Of a stretch of DNA of 64,000 bases, positions 49,947-59,845 are shown piece after piece. Origin of the DNA: an uncultured Acidobacteriota bacterium (GTDB lineage Bacteria; Acidobacteriota; Thermoanaerobaculia; Multivoradales; JAHEKO01); NCBI GenBank assembly GCA_963713825.1, contig CAVQNG010000003.1, forward strand, positions 553,794 to 617,793. The letters run 5' to 3'. Within the stretch, counting starts at the first letter, position 1; each line of letters opens with the position of its first letter. The notes beneath the pieces are model-generated. The model saw only the letters and a program-made list of their open reading frames with translations. It was not told the DNA's origin and did not search any database. The position numbers and the translations under genes are program-made.

Positions 49947-51872
49947 GTGAAGAGGCCATCCAAGCGGTCCGCTCTCGTAGCTCTCGCACTGACCTGTGCC
50001 CTGCTTGGCCTACTTGCGAGCCAGACCACCTTTCTCCGCACACTGGAGCTCAAGACTCTCGACCTGCGGTTCCGCCTTTTGGGCGATCAGGGCGTGGCTT
50101 CGATCGATATCGTCCTCGTCGCCATTGACGACGCCAGTCTCAAGACTCTCGAGCCGGCGGTGGGTCGGTGGCCATGGCCAAGGGAGGCTCACTCCGTCCT
50201 GCTGAGCTACCTGAATCGTGCAGGCGCTCGCCTGGTGGTCTTCGACCTTCTTTTCCTCGAACGCGATCTGCAGAACCCCGGGAGCGATGAAGCCTTCGGT
50301 GAGGCAACCACACTGTCAGGCAATGTTGTCCATTCCATCCACCTCGGCAATCAACAGACTTCTGAAGCCCCACCAGACCTGTTGACCAGCACTTCGATCC
50401 CCTCTGTCGGCAGCTTCGACCAATTCGCTGGCGCCGACTTTCCTCTGCAGCCGATCGCGCGGGGAGCCCAAGGCCTGGGTCACGTTGCGATGACCTTGGA
50501 CCAGGACGGCCCCTGGCGACGTTACCTGCTGCTCGCGGCTCACAACGGTCGGCTGCTGCCATCCCTCGGACTGAGCAGCGCTCTTGCCAGCGAGGGAACC
50601 GAGCTCGGGTCACTCGCTTTCGATGAGCGTCAGGTCCGCGTCGGCGATGCCGAGATTCCTCTCGACAGAGACTGGCGCCTGCCCATTTGGTTCAACGGCG
50701 GTCCCGGTACCTATGCAAAGTACCCTTACGGCCAGCTCTTCTACTCTGAGCTGCAGCTGCGCGAAGATCAGGAACCAGGCCTCGATCCGTCTCTCTTCGC
50801 CGACAAGATCGTCATTGTCGGGCTCTCCGCAGCGGGCCTGCACGACATCTTCACAACTCCCTACAGCGGAGGCAAAGGTGAGCCGGGCGAGGGTCTCGGG
50901 AAGATGAACGGCTTCGAGATCCACGCCAATGTGATCGACGATCTTCTGCACCAGCGCTTCCTGCGACAGTCCCCTCCTTGGCAACGATTGGGACTGGTCC
51001 TATTGGTGGCCCTGGTGACCGTCGGCCTGACCCTGTACACCGGTCTGGCGCCCGCACTGGCCGGCGCGGTACTGGTGCCCCTGGCCTATCTGGCCTTCGT
51101 GCAGTGGGACTTCGGCTACCGAAACCAGTTGCCAGTGGTGAGCGTGATGCTCTCCTGGGCCCTGGCGCTGACCGCGGGGCTCGTCTACCAGTACTGGGTG
51201 GAGTCGGCCGAGAAGCGCAAGGTCAAGCGGATCTTCTCCCGCTACGTCTCACCCGATGTCTACCGGGAGTTGTTGGACAATCCCGACGCTGCCTCACTCG
51301 GTGGGACTCGGCGCGAAATGAGCGTTCTCTTTTCCGACCTTCGAGGCTTCACCACGTTCTCCGAAGGACGCACACCCGAAGAGGTCATCGACCAGCTCAA
51401 TGAGTATTTCGCCGCCATGGTGGAGGTGGTCTTCGCGCATCGCGGCACGGTGGACAAGTTCGTGGGCGACATGATCATGGCTCTCTTTGGGGCTCCCCTG
51501 GAGGATGCCGAGCACGCCGACAATGCCGTGCTCTGTGCGCTGGCAATGCAACAGCGTCTGCGGGACCTCAACTTGATCTGGAGGAAAGAAGGTCGCCCCG
51601 AGCTTGCCAGCGGCATCGGTATCAATAGCGGCGAGATGGTCGCCGGCAACCTCGGTTCCGAGAGAATCCAGAGCTACACCGTGATTGGCGACAACGTGAA
51701 CCTCGGAGCCCGCATCGAGTCACTGTGCAAGGAGTTCCAGGCCGAGATCCTCACCAGCGAGTACACCGAGACCCGGCTCACCGCTGACTACGCCCTCGAG
51801 GAGCTTGGCGAAGTCACCGTCAAGGGCAAGACCCGGCCGGTACGGATCTTCCGCGTGCCACTTTCTATCTGA
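49947..51872 (+). CDS. Class III adenylate/guanylate cyclase with N-terminal CHASE2 sensor domain
   Basis: CHASE2-like periplasmic region, TM helices, cyclase motifs (VLFSDLRGFTTFSE, FVGDMIMALFGAP, YTVIGDNVNLGARIE). Confidence 0.85.
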   Translation: MKRPSKRSALVALALTCALLGLLASQTTFLRTLELKTLDLRFRLLGDQGVASIDIVLVAIDDASLKTLEPAVGRWPWPREAHSVLLSYLNRAGARLVVFDLLFLERDLQNPGSDEAFGEATTLSGNVVHSIHLGNQQTSEAPPDLLTSTSIPSVGSFDQFAGADFPLQPIARGAQGLGHVAMTLDQDGPWRRYLLLAAHNGRLLPSLGLSSALASEGTELGSLAFDERQVRVGDAEIPLDRDWRLPIWFNGGPGTYAKYPYGQLFYSELQLREDQEPGLDPSLFADKIVIVGLSAAGLHDIFTTPYSGGKGEPGEGLGKMNGFEIHANVIDDLLHQRFLRQSPPWQRLGLVLLVALVTVGLTLYTGLAPALAGAVLVPLAYLAFVQWDFGYRNQLPVVSVMLSWALALTAGLVYQYWVESAEKRKVKRIFSRYVSPDVYRELLDNPDAASLGGTRREMSVLFSDLRGFTTFSEGRTPEEVIDQLNEYFAAMVEVVFAHRGTVDKFVGDMIMALFGAPLEDAEHADNAVLCALAMQQRLRDLNLIWRKEGRPELASGIGINSGEMVAGNLGSERIQSYTVIGDNVNLGARIESLCKEFQAEILTSEYTETRLTADYALEELGEVTVKGKTRPVRIFRVPLSI

Positions 51873-51898
51873 GCCCTACATAGCCACCAACGAGCGGA

Positions 51899-52058
51899 GG
51901 TCCGTCCGGGTGGTTCGCAGGCGGACGGCGTCGGCTACTCAGACTGCAACGGGCGGGCCGCCACCTTGTCACGTCATCGCGCCTCATCTCTTGTGTTCTG
52001 CGATGGTCCTTGCGCTGCGCTCGACGTGGCACCCCCTGTCGAACCACCCGGACGAACC
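51899..52058 (-). mobile_element. MITE-like non-coding element (copy 2 of 3, reverse orientation) with 19-bp terminal inverted repeats
   Basis: Starts GGTCCGTCCGGGTGGTTCG and ends CGAACCACCCGGACGAACC. Internal GGCGTCGGCTACTCAG and GGCCGCCACC are the reverse complement of 63335-63390. Followed at 52095 by GGCGTAGGGGCTTAGGGG. Confidence 0.65.
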
Positions 52059-52291
52059 TCTGGCACCGGTGGTCGCATTGAGGCAGTGGGGCACTGAAGG
52101 CGTAGGGGCTTAGGGGACAGAAGACTCGTAGGTACAGAAGTACAAGGCCGTGCCCAGGGTTCGGCGTGGGGACCTCCAGGGGGTTCTTGCAGCGGAAGGG
52201 AGGATAGCCCCCTGGGGGCCCCACGGTGAACGCCTCCTTGGAAGAACGGTTTGGGTTGACGCACAAAAGGGCCGCAGAGGCGCCGGTCGAA

Positions 52292-53809
52292 TCAGGAAAG
52301 CGAGAAGAAGGATTGGATCTTCCGCAGAAAGGTCTTCTCATCTTCCACGGAGACTTCGGCTGCCGCTCGACTGCGGCGATCTTCCAGCGTCTCGAGGGTG
52401 TCAATGCGGCGGGCTGCCAGAGCTCGACTCAGGAGCTCGGCAATACGGGGGTCGGCTTCCAGGGTCAGGGCCAGTGCCTGCTTGGTGAGGACCAGAACAC
52501 CGCACGCATCTCTGGCGATGATCGTTGCGCTACGCGGCTCGCCAGTCAGCAGCGACATCTCGCCGAAGAAGGCTCCCTCTTCCAAGATCGCCAGGTCGAC
52601 GTGCCTGCCCTCTGCCTCGGGATCCGACTTCGTCACCCGAACGGCACCCTTCTCGACCACGAACAGGGAGTCGCCATCCTCGTCCTCTCGTACGAGGACC
52701 TCGCCCGCATCGAAGAGCTTGCGCAGTGAAGATGCGGCGAGCTGCCGTACGATCTCGTCGTCGAGCTCTCGGAAGATATCGACCCTCGAGAACAGCTCGG
52801 ATGCCTTGCGCAGTGCTTTGCTTTGCCGATGCTCCTCCATGTCGGGCGCTTCGTGCATGTGGATCGTGCGGATGGGGAAGGGAATCTCGATGCCGTGCCG
52901 CTTGAGCTGATACCAGATGCGCGAGTTGACACCATCCTTGAAGCGAGAGATGTTCGCCGCTCGCCGCGTCCATACCCGCATGAAGTACGTAATCGCGTGG
53001 TCGTCGAAGCTCTCGAGATGTACCCGCACCGGAGGGCGATCGAGTGCTCCTGGCGCAGACAGCGCCGCCTCCTGTAGGACTTCCTTGATCTCGGCTGGCG
53101 GAACTCCATAGGGAAGACCTATGCGCAGCTCGACTGCGAACGGTCTCTCTCCGGAGCCGTAATTAATCAGCCGAGACACCGAGAGATTGGCGTTCGGCTC
53201 ATAGACGTCGAGGCCCTCCTTGGTGCGCAGGTGAGTACTGCGCCAGGACATGTCCACCACCTGGGCCCGGACGCCCCCTTCGATCACCAACCAGTCACCC
53301 GGACGAAAGGGCTTCTCCAGATCGAGCGCCATGCCCGAGAAGACGTTCTTCAGCGTGTCCTGCAAAGCGAGGCCGATCACGGCGGACAGCACGGTCGAGG
53401 AGACCAGCACCGGCCCGATCGGCTGGTGCAGGATCTCGGTAACCGCGAAGAATCCGACGGCGATCAGGAGGCCCAGTCGTAAGACGTCGCGCGCCAGCTT
53501 CGGCACCAATGGTCCCTGGTCTCTGCCCCAGGGTCGTTGAAGAACCAAGGCATCCATGAAGGCATAGAGAACCAGGGTGGAGAACAACAGTGCAACGGTA
53601 GTAGCAATGCCACCGAAGGCGGATCCGAGCAGGTCGATCCCCAGGGATCGCAGAATTGCCAGCACCGCTAAGCTCAAAGCCCAGAGGTGATAGACGACAT
53701 TGAGGCTGAACCTGGGGACTTTCTTCCTCAACAGGAAGTACAGCGCCTCCAAGAACAGAAAGACTCCCGCACCAACTGCCAACGCCATCACCCACTGTCT
53801 CCAGGCCAT
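52292..53809 (-). CDS. Mechanosensitive channel (MscS family) with C-terminal cyclic-nucleotide-binding domain
   Basis: TM region and MscS beta domain (FRPGDWLVIEGGVRAQVVDMSWRSTHLRTKEGLDVYEPN). C-terminal cNMP-binding domain (DSLFVVEKGAVRV...FFGEMSLLTGEPRSATIIA). Confidence 0.85.
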   Translation of the reverse strand: MAWRQWVMALAVGAGVFLFLEALYFLLRKKVPRFSLNVVYHLWALSLAVLAILRSLGIDLLGSAFGGIATTVALLFSTLVLYAFMDALVLQRPWGRDQGPLVPKLARDVLRLGLLIAVGFFAVTEILHQPIGPVLVSSTVLSAVIGLALQDTLKNVFSGMALDLEKPFRPGDWLVIEGGVRAQVVDMSWRSTHLRTKEGLDVYEPNANLSVSRLINYGSGERPFAVELRIGLPYGVPPAEIKEVLQEAALSAPGALDRPPVRVHLESFDDHAITYFMRVWTRRAANISRFKDGVNSRIWYQLKRHGIEIPFPIRTIHMHEAPDMEEHRQSKALRKASELFSRVDIFRELDDEIVRQLAASSLRKLFDAGEVLVREDEDGDSLFVVEKGAVRVTKSDPEAEGRHVDLAILEEGAFFGEMSLLTGEPRSATIIARDACGVLVLTKQALALTLEADPRIAELLSRALAARRIDTLETLEDRRSRAAAEVSVEDEKTFLRKIQSFFSLS

Positions 53810-53939
53810 CGTGGTCTGAGCTTACTAGAAAGGCCGACTCTCACCCGAGAGATGAAAGGCTCTGATCCGGCTGTTCAGAGATAGACTTCCCATTCAAGAG
53901 TTGAACGACCGATCGACCGGATCGAGGAGAGAAAAGCTC

Positions 53940-54344
53940 ATGAGAATCAAGCAGCCTTGGCTGGTGATTGTTCTAGCCGTCGCCCTGTTCAGCCTGACCA
54001 TCGCCTGCTCATCTACCAAGACGGTCAAGGAACGGCCCTACAAAGGCCAGGCGGGACGCACTTTCATCAACGAGGAGTCAGGGCCCGCCTACGGTCTCGT
54101 GGTGGAGCTCTCCGGGAGCGCGATCGTCGTCACGGATCCCCAGACCGGCATGGCGGGACCATTCAAGAACGTCCAGGGTAATGGCACCACGCGCCTCACC
54201 TTGAGCAATTCCTCGGCGCCTATCGCCGTCGGGGGTGAAGGGTTCAAGCTCATCTTCCGGTCTTACCCTTCCGGCCTCAAGATTCGCAGCTGGTGGTGGA
54301 TCAACCAAAAAGGCAAGCGGCTCGGTAAAAAGAAGTCTGGGTAG
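53940..54344 (+). CDS. Small lipoprotein, hypothetical
   Basis: MRIKQPWLVIVLAVALFSLTIACSS lipobox. Confidence 0.5.
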   Translation: MRIKQPWLVIVLAVALFSLTIACSSTKTVKERPYKGQAGRTFINEESGPAYGLVVELSGSAIVVTDPQTGMAGPFKNVQGNGTTRLTLSNSSAPIAVGGEGFKLIFRSYPSGLKIRSWWWINQKGKRLGKKKSG

Positions 54345-54518
54345 ATCATTCCGTGATGTCCGTGGTGCGAGATGAGCTCGCCCGCTGGGTGGGGGCTGCG
54401 ACTGCTGTTGTCTTTCTTCTCTTCGGCAAGGGCTTGACCGACCTCGGTCGAGTGACCTGGTACGGCCTTCTGTGGGCAGCCCCTGTTGTCCTGATCTTCG
54501 CGTGAGAACACAGGCACC

Positions 54519-56330
54519 ATGAACGAAGTCTTCCTCATCCTGCTGGGCGCAGCGATCCTCTTCGCCAGCAACCGGGTGCGGCCCGATGTCGTGGCGCTGC
54601 TGACGGTGCTGGCGCTCATGCTGACCGAAGTCTTGACCCCGCGCGAGGCCTTGGCCGGATTCGGTGACCCCGTGATCATCGTGATCGCCGGGCTTCTCGT
54701 GGTCGGAGAGGCTCTGACCCGCACCGGAGTCGCACAGGCCATCAGTCGGTGGATCATGCGGTTTGCCGGCAGCAACGAAACTCGGATTCTCATCCTGCTG
54801 ATGGCTTCCGCGGGGCTTCTCGGGGCCGTGATGAGCTCGACAGCCGTCGTCGCGATCTTCATTCCGGTCGCTTTGGCGATTGGGCGCAAGAGCGGTGTCG
54901 CACCCTCTCGGCTGCTCATCCCGCTGAGCTATGCGTCTCTGATCAGCGGCATGCTCACGCTAATTGCCACGACACCCAATCTCGTGGCCAGCTCCGAGCT
55001 CGACAAGGCCGGATTCGAACCCTTCAACTTCTTCGATTTCACCCCGCTTGGCCTGACGGTCTTGGTATTGGGCATCGCCTATATTGTTCTGTTCGGCAGA
55101 CGCTTCCTGCCGGGTCAAGAGAGAACCCCGGTCGAGACTGTGAGGCAGGGAATGCGAGAGCTCCTCGCCGAATTCGACATTCCGGGCCAGGCCGACCGAC
55201 TGCGGATCTCTCCTCTATCGCCGCTCGTCGGCCGGACCCTCGTCGACTCGGAGATCGGGACCCGCTACGACGCCTGGATCGTCCTGCTCGAGCGAGAGGA
55301 GCGCCTGGGACGGGTCACCAAGGCTTCGCCCAGCGGTGATCTGACGCTGCGGGCCGGAGATGTGCTGGTCGTCGGTGGAGCGCAAGAGAGCATCGACCAA
55401 CTCGTCAACGAGACCGAGCTCGAGCGACTGCCCCTGGAGGATCGACATCGGCGGCGCTGGCTGCGGGATGTTGGACTGGCCATCGTTCTCGTTCACCCTG
55501 AATCCCGGATGTTGGGCAAGTCCCTGAAGAAAGGCCGGTTCCGTTCGCGATACTCACTGAATGTGCTGGCCGTCCGTCGAAAAGGCAAGATCTTGGACTC
55601 GTTCCTCGATAAGTCACTCCAAGTCGGCGACGAGCTGTTGCTGCTGGGCTCATGGGATCTCATTGGAAGACTGCAGCGATTCGGTCATGACTTCGTGCTT
55701 CTGGCCCTGCCTGCGGAGCTTCAGGAGATGGCACCAGCGAGACGCCTGGCCCCGGTTGCTCTGCTGATCCTGATCGGAATGGTTCTGCTCACCGCCCTCG
55801 AGATCGTGCCAATCGTCGTGGCGGTGATGTTGGCCGCCCTGGCCGTGGTCGCAACTCGCACACTGACGATGGAAGACGCCTACAGATCCATCCACCTGAG
55901 CAGTCTGGTTCTGGTCGCAGGCATGCTGCCGGTGGCAGATGCCCTACAGAAGACAGGCGGCGTGGATTTGGTCGTTGGTGGTCTGGTTTCGGGCCTCGGT
56001 GACTCAGGCCCCTACCTGATGCTGTCAGCGCTGTTCTGGATGACGGCTGGTCTGGGGGTGTTTCTCTCCAACACCGCTACGGCTGTGCTCATGGCTCCAA
56101 TCGCCATCGGAGCAGCCCAAGCGGTGGGGGTTTCACCCTACGCCTTCGTCATGACCATCGCGATCGCCGCATCAGCGGTCTTCATGAGCCCGTTTTCCAC
56201 GCCCGTAGTGACCCTGGTCGTGGCTCCAGGGGGCTACCGCTTCTCTGATTTTCTCAAGGTGGGGACACCATTGGTAATCCTGACGTGGCTGGTCGCCTTA
56301 CTGCTGATTCCGCTGCTCTTCCCCTTCTAG
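54519..56330 (+). CDS. SLC13/DASS-type anion permease with two central TrkA-C (RCK_C) domains
   Basis: N- and C-terminal multi-TM halves. Central RLRISPLSPLVGRTLVDSEIGTRYDAWIVLLER and LKKGRFRSRYSLNVLAVRRKG blocks typical of TrkA-C. Confidence 0.8.
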   Translation: MNEVFLILLGAAILFASNRVRPDVVALLTVLALMLTEVLTPREALAGFGDPVIIVIAGLLVVGEALTRTGVAQAISRWIMRFAGSNETRILILLMASAGLLGAVMSSTAVVAIFIPVALAIGRKSGVAPSRLLIPLSYASLISGMLTLIATTPNLVASSELDKAGFEPFNFFDFTPLGLTVLVLGIAYIVLFGRRFLPGQERTPVETVRQGMRELLAEFDIPGQADRLRISPLSPLVGRTLVDSEIGTRYDAWIVLLEREERLGRVTKASPSGDLTLRAGDVLVVGGAQESIDQLVNETELERLPLEDRHRRRWLRDVGLAIVLVHPESRMLGKSLKKGRFRSRYSLNVLAVRRKGKILDSFLDKSLQVGDELLLLGSWDLIGRLQRFGHDFVLLALPAELQEMAPARRLAPVALLILIGMVLLTALEIVPIVVAVMLAALAVVATRTLTMEDAYRSIHLSSLVLVAGMLPVADALQKTGGVDLVVGGLVSGLGDSGPYLMLSALFWMTAGLGVFLSNTATAVLMAPIAIGAAQAVGVSPYAFVMTIAIAASAVFMSPFSTPVVTLVVAPGGYRFSDFLKVGTPLVILTWLVALLLIPLLFPF

Positions 56331-56739
56331 CTAGCAACTTCTCGGCGGCCGACTGGGGGGTTCAGGCGGGGTCGGTTGGATTCGAGGAGTCAGCACCGGG
56401 CTCGGCCTCGGTGTCGTTTGGACTACATTCCTTCCGGCGACCTGCCGGATTGGGCACCCCTCACGTAGGCACCCCCAGGCGCGGCAGTACCACGTACTGC
56501 AGCAGGATCCAGCCCACGATGATGCCGATGAAAAGGAGATTATCCATAGTTCTCGCTCTCGTCCTTCACCTTAACAGGCTGGACGCCTGTTTCATTCCAG
56601 ATACGGTCCTGGGGTCGTGAGGTCTTGGAGTCCTGCAACATGCGGGAGTAGGGACCTAGGTGAGCAGGGGGGCGAATGAGACCGCGGGTTGCTTTGGGGC
56701 AATGGACCGTGAGGGAGGGGGTCCCACTGCTCAAGGAAG

Positions 56740-56880
56740 CGGCCGGCAGAGGCGCCGGCCGCTTCTGTCCTCAAAGATCAGCCGAGGCACGCCGGCTGCC
56801 TCAACCCCAAGCCCTCAGAGAACGCCCGGCGGTGAGCCGGGCGCCTCGACCCTGACGACCCGAGCCGATAGCAATCGCTA
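56740..56880. repeat. Composite GC-rich intergenic repeat (family member)
   Basis: Hairpin CAGCCGAGGCACGCCGGCTG, then CCTCAACCCCAAGCCCTCAGAGAACGCCCGGCGGTGAGCCGGGCGCCTCGACCC. Confidence 0.7.
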
Positions 56881-56945
56881 GCGGTGAAATCGAATACACT
56901 TGCGCCGACTCGAAGCAGGGGCATAGCCCTCGAGGGAGGCTGACA

Positions 56946-57811
56946 ATGCAAGAGATGTTCTCGAAGCGATGGTTCCGAATCCTCATTGGCGTTCTGGCCG
57001 TGTTGGCGTCGGTGTTCATGGGCCGCTATCAGCGCCAGACAGGGCCTACGTATCCGGTTCCCGTGAGTGAAGAGCTCGCCGGTTCGAGCATCTCCGGCAA
57101 ACTGATACGCACCCACGGCGGGGCAGGAGATGCCCATGTCACGTTGAGCGTCGCGTCCTCCACAGCCGAGGGTGAGGTTCTCTGGCGACGCTATCCCACC
57201 AACGAGGATTGGGGCCGGCTCCCCATGCAGCGCGAGGGGGGGAGCTCGCGGCAGACCTGCCTCATCAGATCCCAGCAGCGAAGCTCGAATACTCCGTGCG
57301 ACTGACCGACAGTGGGCAGGAGGTAGTCCTCCCGCACGGCGAGACGGCAGTCATCCGCTTCCGTGATGACGTACCGGCCTGGGTTCTCATACCTCACATC
57401 ATTTTCATGTTCGTATCCCTGGCCATCGTCTTCAGGGCAGCGTTTGGTGCTTTGCTGGGGGAGGACAACGTACGCCGCTTCATTCCCTGGGCTCTCGGAT
57501 TCCTGCTGCCGGGGGGATTCCTGCTGGGGCCCCTCGTTCAGAAGTTTGCCTTCGACGCTTACTGGACGGGCTGGCCCTTTGGTGGCGACTGGACCGACAA
57601 CAAGACACTCGCCGCACTGGTAGCCTGGTTGATCGCCTGGTACATCTGCCGGCAATGGCCTCGCTTCGAACGACTCGCCATCCTCTTTGCCTCCGTCGTC
57701 ATGCTGGGGGTCTATCTGATTCCCCACAGCATTCACGGCAGCGAGCTGGATTGGTCCCAAATGGAAGCGGTAGCAACCGAGCCAGCCCCCGAGGCGGCCG
57801 ACGGAGGCTAG
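56946..57811 (+). pseudogene. Membrane protein gene split by a -1 frameshift in a G7 homopolymer (57236..57242); intact with G8
   Basis: Track ORFs 56946..57305 and 57209..57811 overlap in different frames. Inserting one G gives the continuous ...EDWGRLPMQREGGELAADLPHQIPAAKLEYSV... This may be a sequencing error rather than a true pseudogene. Confidence 0.5.
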
Positions 57812-57839
57812 ACACAGATTCGCTGTTGCAAGGCGTCAG

Positions 57840-57960
57840 GATCTCGAGACCCCTACGCCCTGAAGCCCCTGAGCCTCTATTGCCCAGGACCCAAGCCCTC
57901 AAGGACCGGCCGAGACAAAGTCCGGCCGCCTCAACCCCCAAGCCCTCATTGCCTCAGTGC
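57840..57960. repeat. Composite GC-rich intergenic repeat (family member)
   Basis: CCCCTACGCCCTGAAGCCCCTGAGCC, then hairpin CCGGCCGAGACAAAGTCCGGCCG and CCTCAACCCCCAAGCCCTCA. Confidence 0.7.
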
Positions 57961-59501
57961 TTGTGCACGTCCTTGTGCATCAGGCGCCGGCTGGCCTTCA
58001 GGCGCTCACCGGCGGGTAGAGCCTTCAATCGGGCATTGAGCCCTTCATCGGACTCACCTTCGAGCTTGCCGATCACGAGATCGATGAGGCGAGGCGACAA
58101 ACCCCGTGCCTCGAAGAACTCCCGATTCTCGCCAAGGCTACGAGCGGCGGCCACGGCGCTTGCCGGTAGCTGGTCCAGAGAGTCTCCTGCTTCCGGTGTC
58201 TCAGCCCTGCCGTCGCTGACTTCGAGCTGGCGAGCCAGATCCTCCGACTCGGCCGATGAAAGTCCCTCTTCGACACAGAGAGTCACGGCAGCCAAAAGGA
58301 GCTGCGAGAAAGCACTTCCATCTGGGCTTCGATACTCCACCGTCGTCCGCGCCAGGCTCTCGGGGTAAGAACCGGTTTCTGCCGAGTTCGTGACCTGATC
58401 CAAGCGACCCTCGGTGGCGAAATCGAGGGGAACTCGGATGAGACTCGTGCGATTCCGCTCTCCCCAGCAGACGTTGGTCGGCGCTTCCTGTCCCGGTACC
58501 AGTCGCAGATAGCTCGCCGCCACGGTGTTACCGAAGGCCGTCAGCGGTGCCGCTCTCTCGAGCAAGCCGCCGATCATGCGGAGAGATTCTCCTGAGAGCT
58601 CGCCACCAGCATCGCGCATGACGCTCTCACCAGACCGCTGTAAGGCCAGGTGAAGGTGCAGACCGCTGCCAGCCATGCCCTGATCCAGTTTCGGCACGTA
58701 GGTCACCGACGCATCGTGGCGATCGGCGATCACCCTGACCAACCAACGCGTGACGGCCAGCCAGCAGGCCAGGTCCTCGACCGGCATGAGGTCGAACTCC
58801 AACTCGTACTGCTCTACTCTGCGGCCATCGAGCTCGGCCTCCTCGGACTCCAAACGATCGATGTAGCCCACCTCGCTGTGGCAGTACTTGACCTTGCCGG
58901 AAACAGCCGACGCCACACGCAGGATCTCGTCGGCCACGGTATGACCATGCAAGTAGGGCGCACTCTGGTGATAGTTGCGCTGCGATTTGCCGGTGAACCT
59001 GTCGTCGGATCGCTCGAGGACCAGGTAGAACTCCAGCTCGGCCAGGGCCTCCAATTCGAGGCCGGTCCTGTTGCGTAGGCGCTCGGCCGCGGTCACCACG
59101 ACATTGTCAGGTGTGCTGACACAGGGTTGCCCCCGATGGTCGACGAAGCGACAGACGATGTCCAGCTCATCGTCGGCGAAGGGGTTCAAGAAGGCCCAGC
59201 GATAGACCGGCACGGCGTAAAGATCACTCTCCCCAGTGGGGAAGAGCCCGGGGAAGAGACTCGACCCATCGACGCGCTCACCACCCGCCAGGATCCGCTC
59301 GAGGTATGCACGGTTGTTCACCGGCAACCTCAACTCCCTCAGCTTGCCGTCGAACGAGGTGTAGCGGAAGTTCACCACCTGAATGCCATCGGCCAGGCAG
59401 AGCTCCAGCAGATCGGAGCGCTGCCATTGCTCCGGAGGCTTACCCAGCCGGCGTACCAGAGGCCGGATATCCCACGTCAGATCCCCTGATTTCGATTCCA
59501 T
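57954..59501 (-). CDS. Glutamine synthetase-family protein (GS catalytic domain). The track ORF extends to 59687; the start at MESKSG (59501) with GGTGGAG RBS is preferred.
   Basis: GSGLHLHLAL (cf. GSGMHxHxSL), NRTSLIRVP (cf. NRSASIRIP), N-terminal beta-grasp region. Confidence 0.75.
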   Translation of the reverse strand: MESKSGDLTWDIRPLVRRLGKPPEQWQRSDLLELCLADGIQVVNFRYTSFDGKLRELRLPVNNRAYLERILAGGERVDGSSLFPGLFPTGESDLYAVPVYRWAFLNPFADDELDIVCRFVDHRGQPCVSTPDNVVVTAAERLRNRTGLELEALAELEFYLVLERSDDRFTGKSQRNYHQSAPYLHGHTVADEILRVASAVSGKVKYCHSEVGYIDRLESEEAELDGRRVEQYELEFDLMPVEDLACWLAVTRWLVRVIADRHDASVTYVPKLDQGMAGSGLHLHLALQRSGESVMRDAGGELSGESLRMIGGLLERAAPLTAFGNTVAASYLRLVPGQEAPTNVCWGERNRTSLIRVPLDFATEGRLDQVTNSAETGSYPESLARTTVEYRSPDGSAFSQLLLAAVTLCVEEGLSSAESEDLARQLEVSDGRAETPEAGDSLDQLPASAVAAARSLGENREFFEARGLSPRLIDLVIGKLEGESDEGLNARLKALPAGERLKASRRLMHKDVHKH

Positions 59502-59828
59502 TTTTGTCTCCACCCGAGCGAGCTTAGCAGGGTGGTTCATATTTCTGCAGCGCGGCATCCCACATTCTTGAATCTGCACCAGCCCATGAAAGTCACCACC
59601 ATAAGTTGCTTCTTTACAGCTATTTACACTCCCATCTCTCGATGGGCCGGCGACAGGGTCCGTCACTTCGGAGGAGAAATTCTTCAAGATTCTGCACCTG
59701 CACTAGGAAGTTCCAGTCACCTGAATCCCTGGGTACACGCTTCACGAAATTGAATCCGTGTCCCGAATCGTCAATGTTCCTCTTGCTCCTCAGCCAGATG
59801 CGGCCAGTCGTTCGCTCGAGCTTTCGGC

Positions 59829-59845
59829 GTTTGGCACCCTCCTTG
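59829..59845 (+). promoter_or_regulatory. Candidate sigma-54 (-24/-12) promoter for the TonB-dependent receptor gene
   Basis: TTGGCACcctccTTGCT matches TGGCAC-N5-TTGCW, about 110 nt upstream of ATG 59956. It lies in an AT-richer 454-bp intergenic region. Confidence 0.45.

Noticed and set aside
52226-52729. 167-aa plus-strand ORF beginning in the repeat locus
   Set aside because: Antisense to the MscS-cNMP gene and starting inside repeat sequence.
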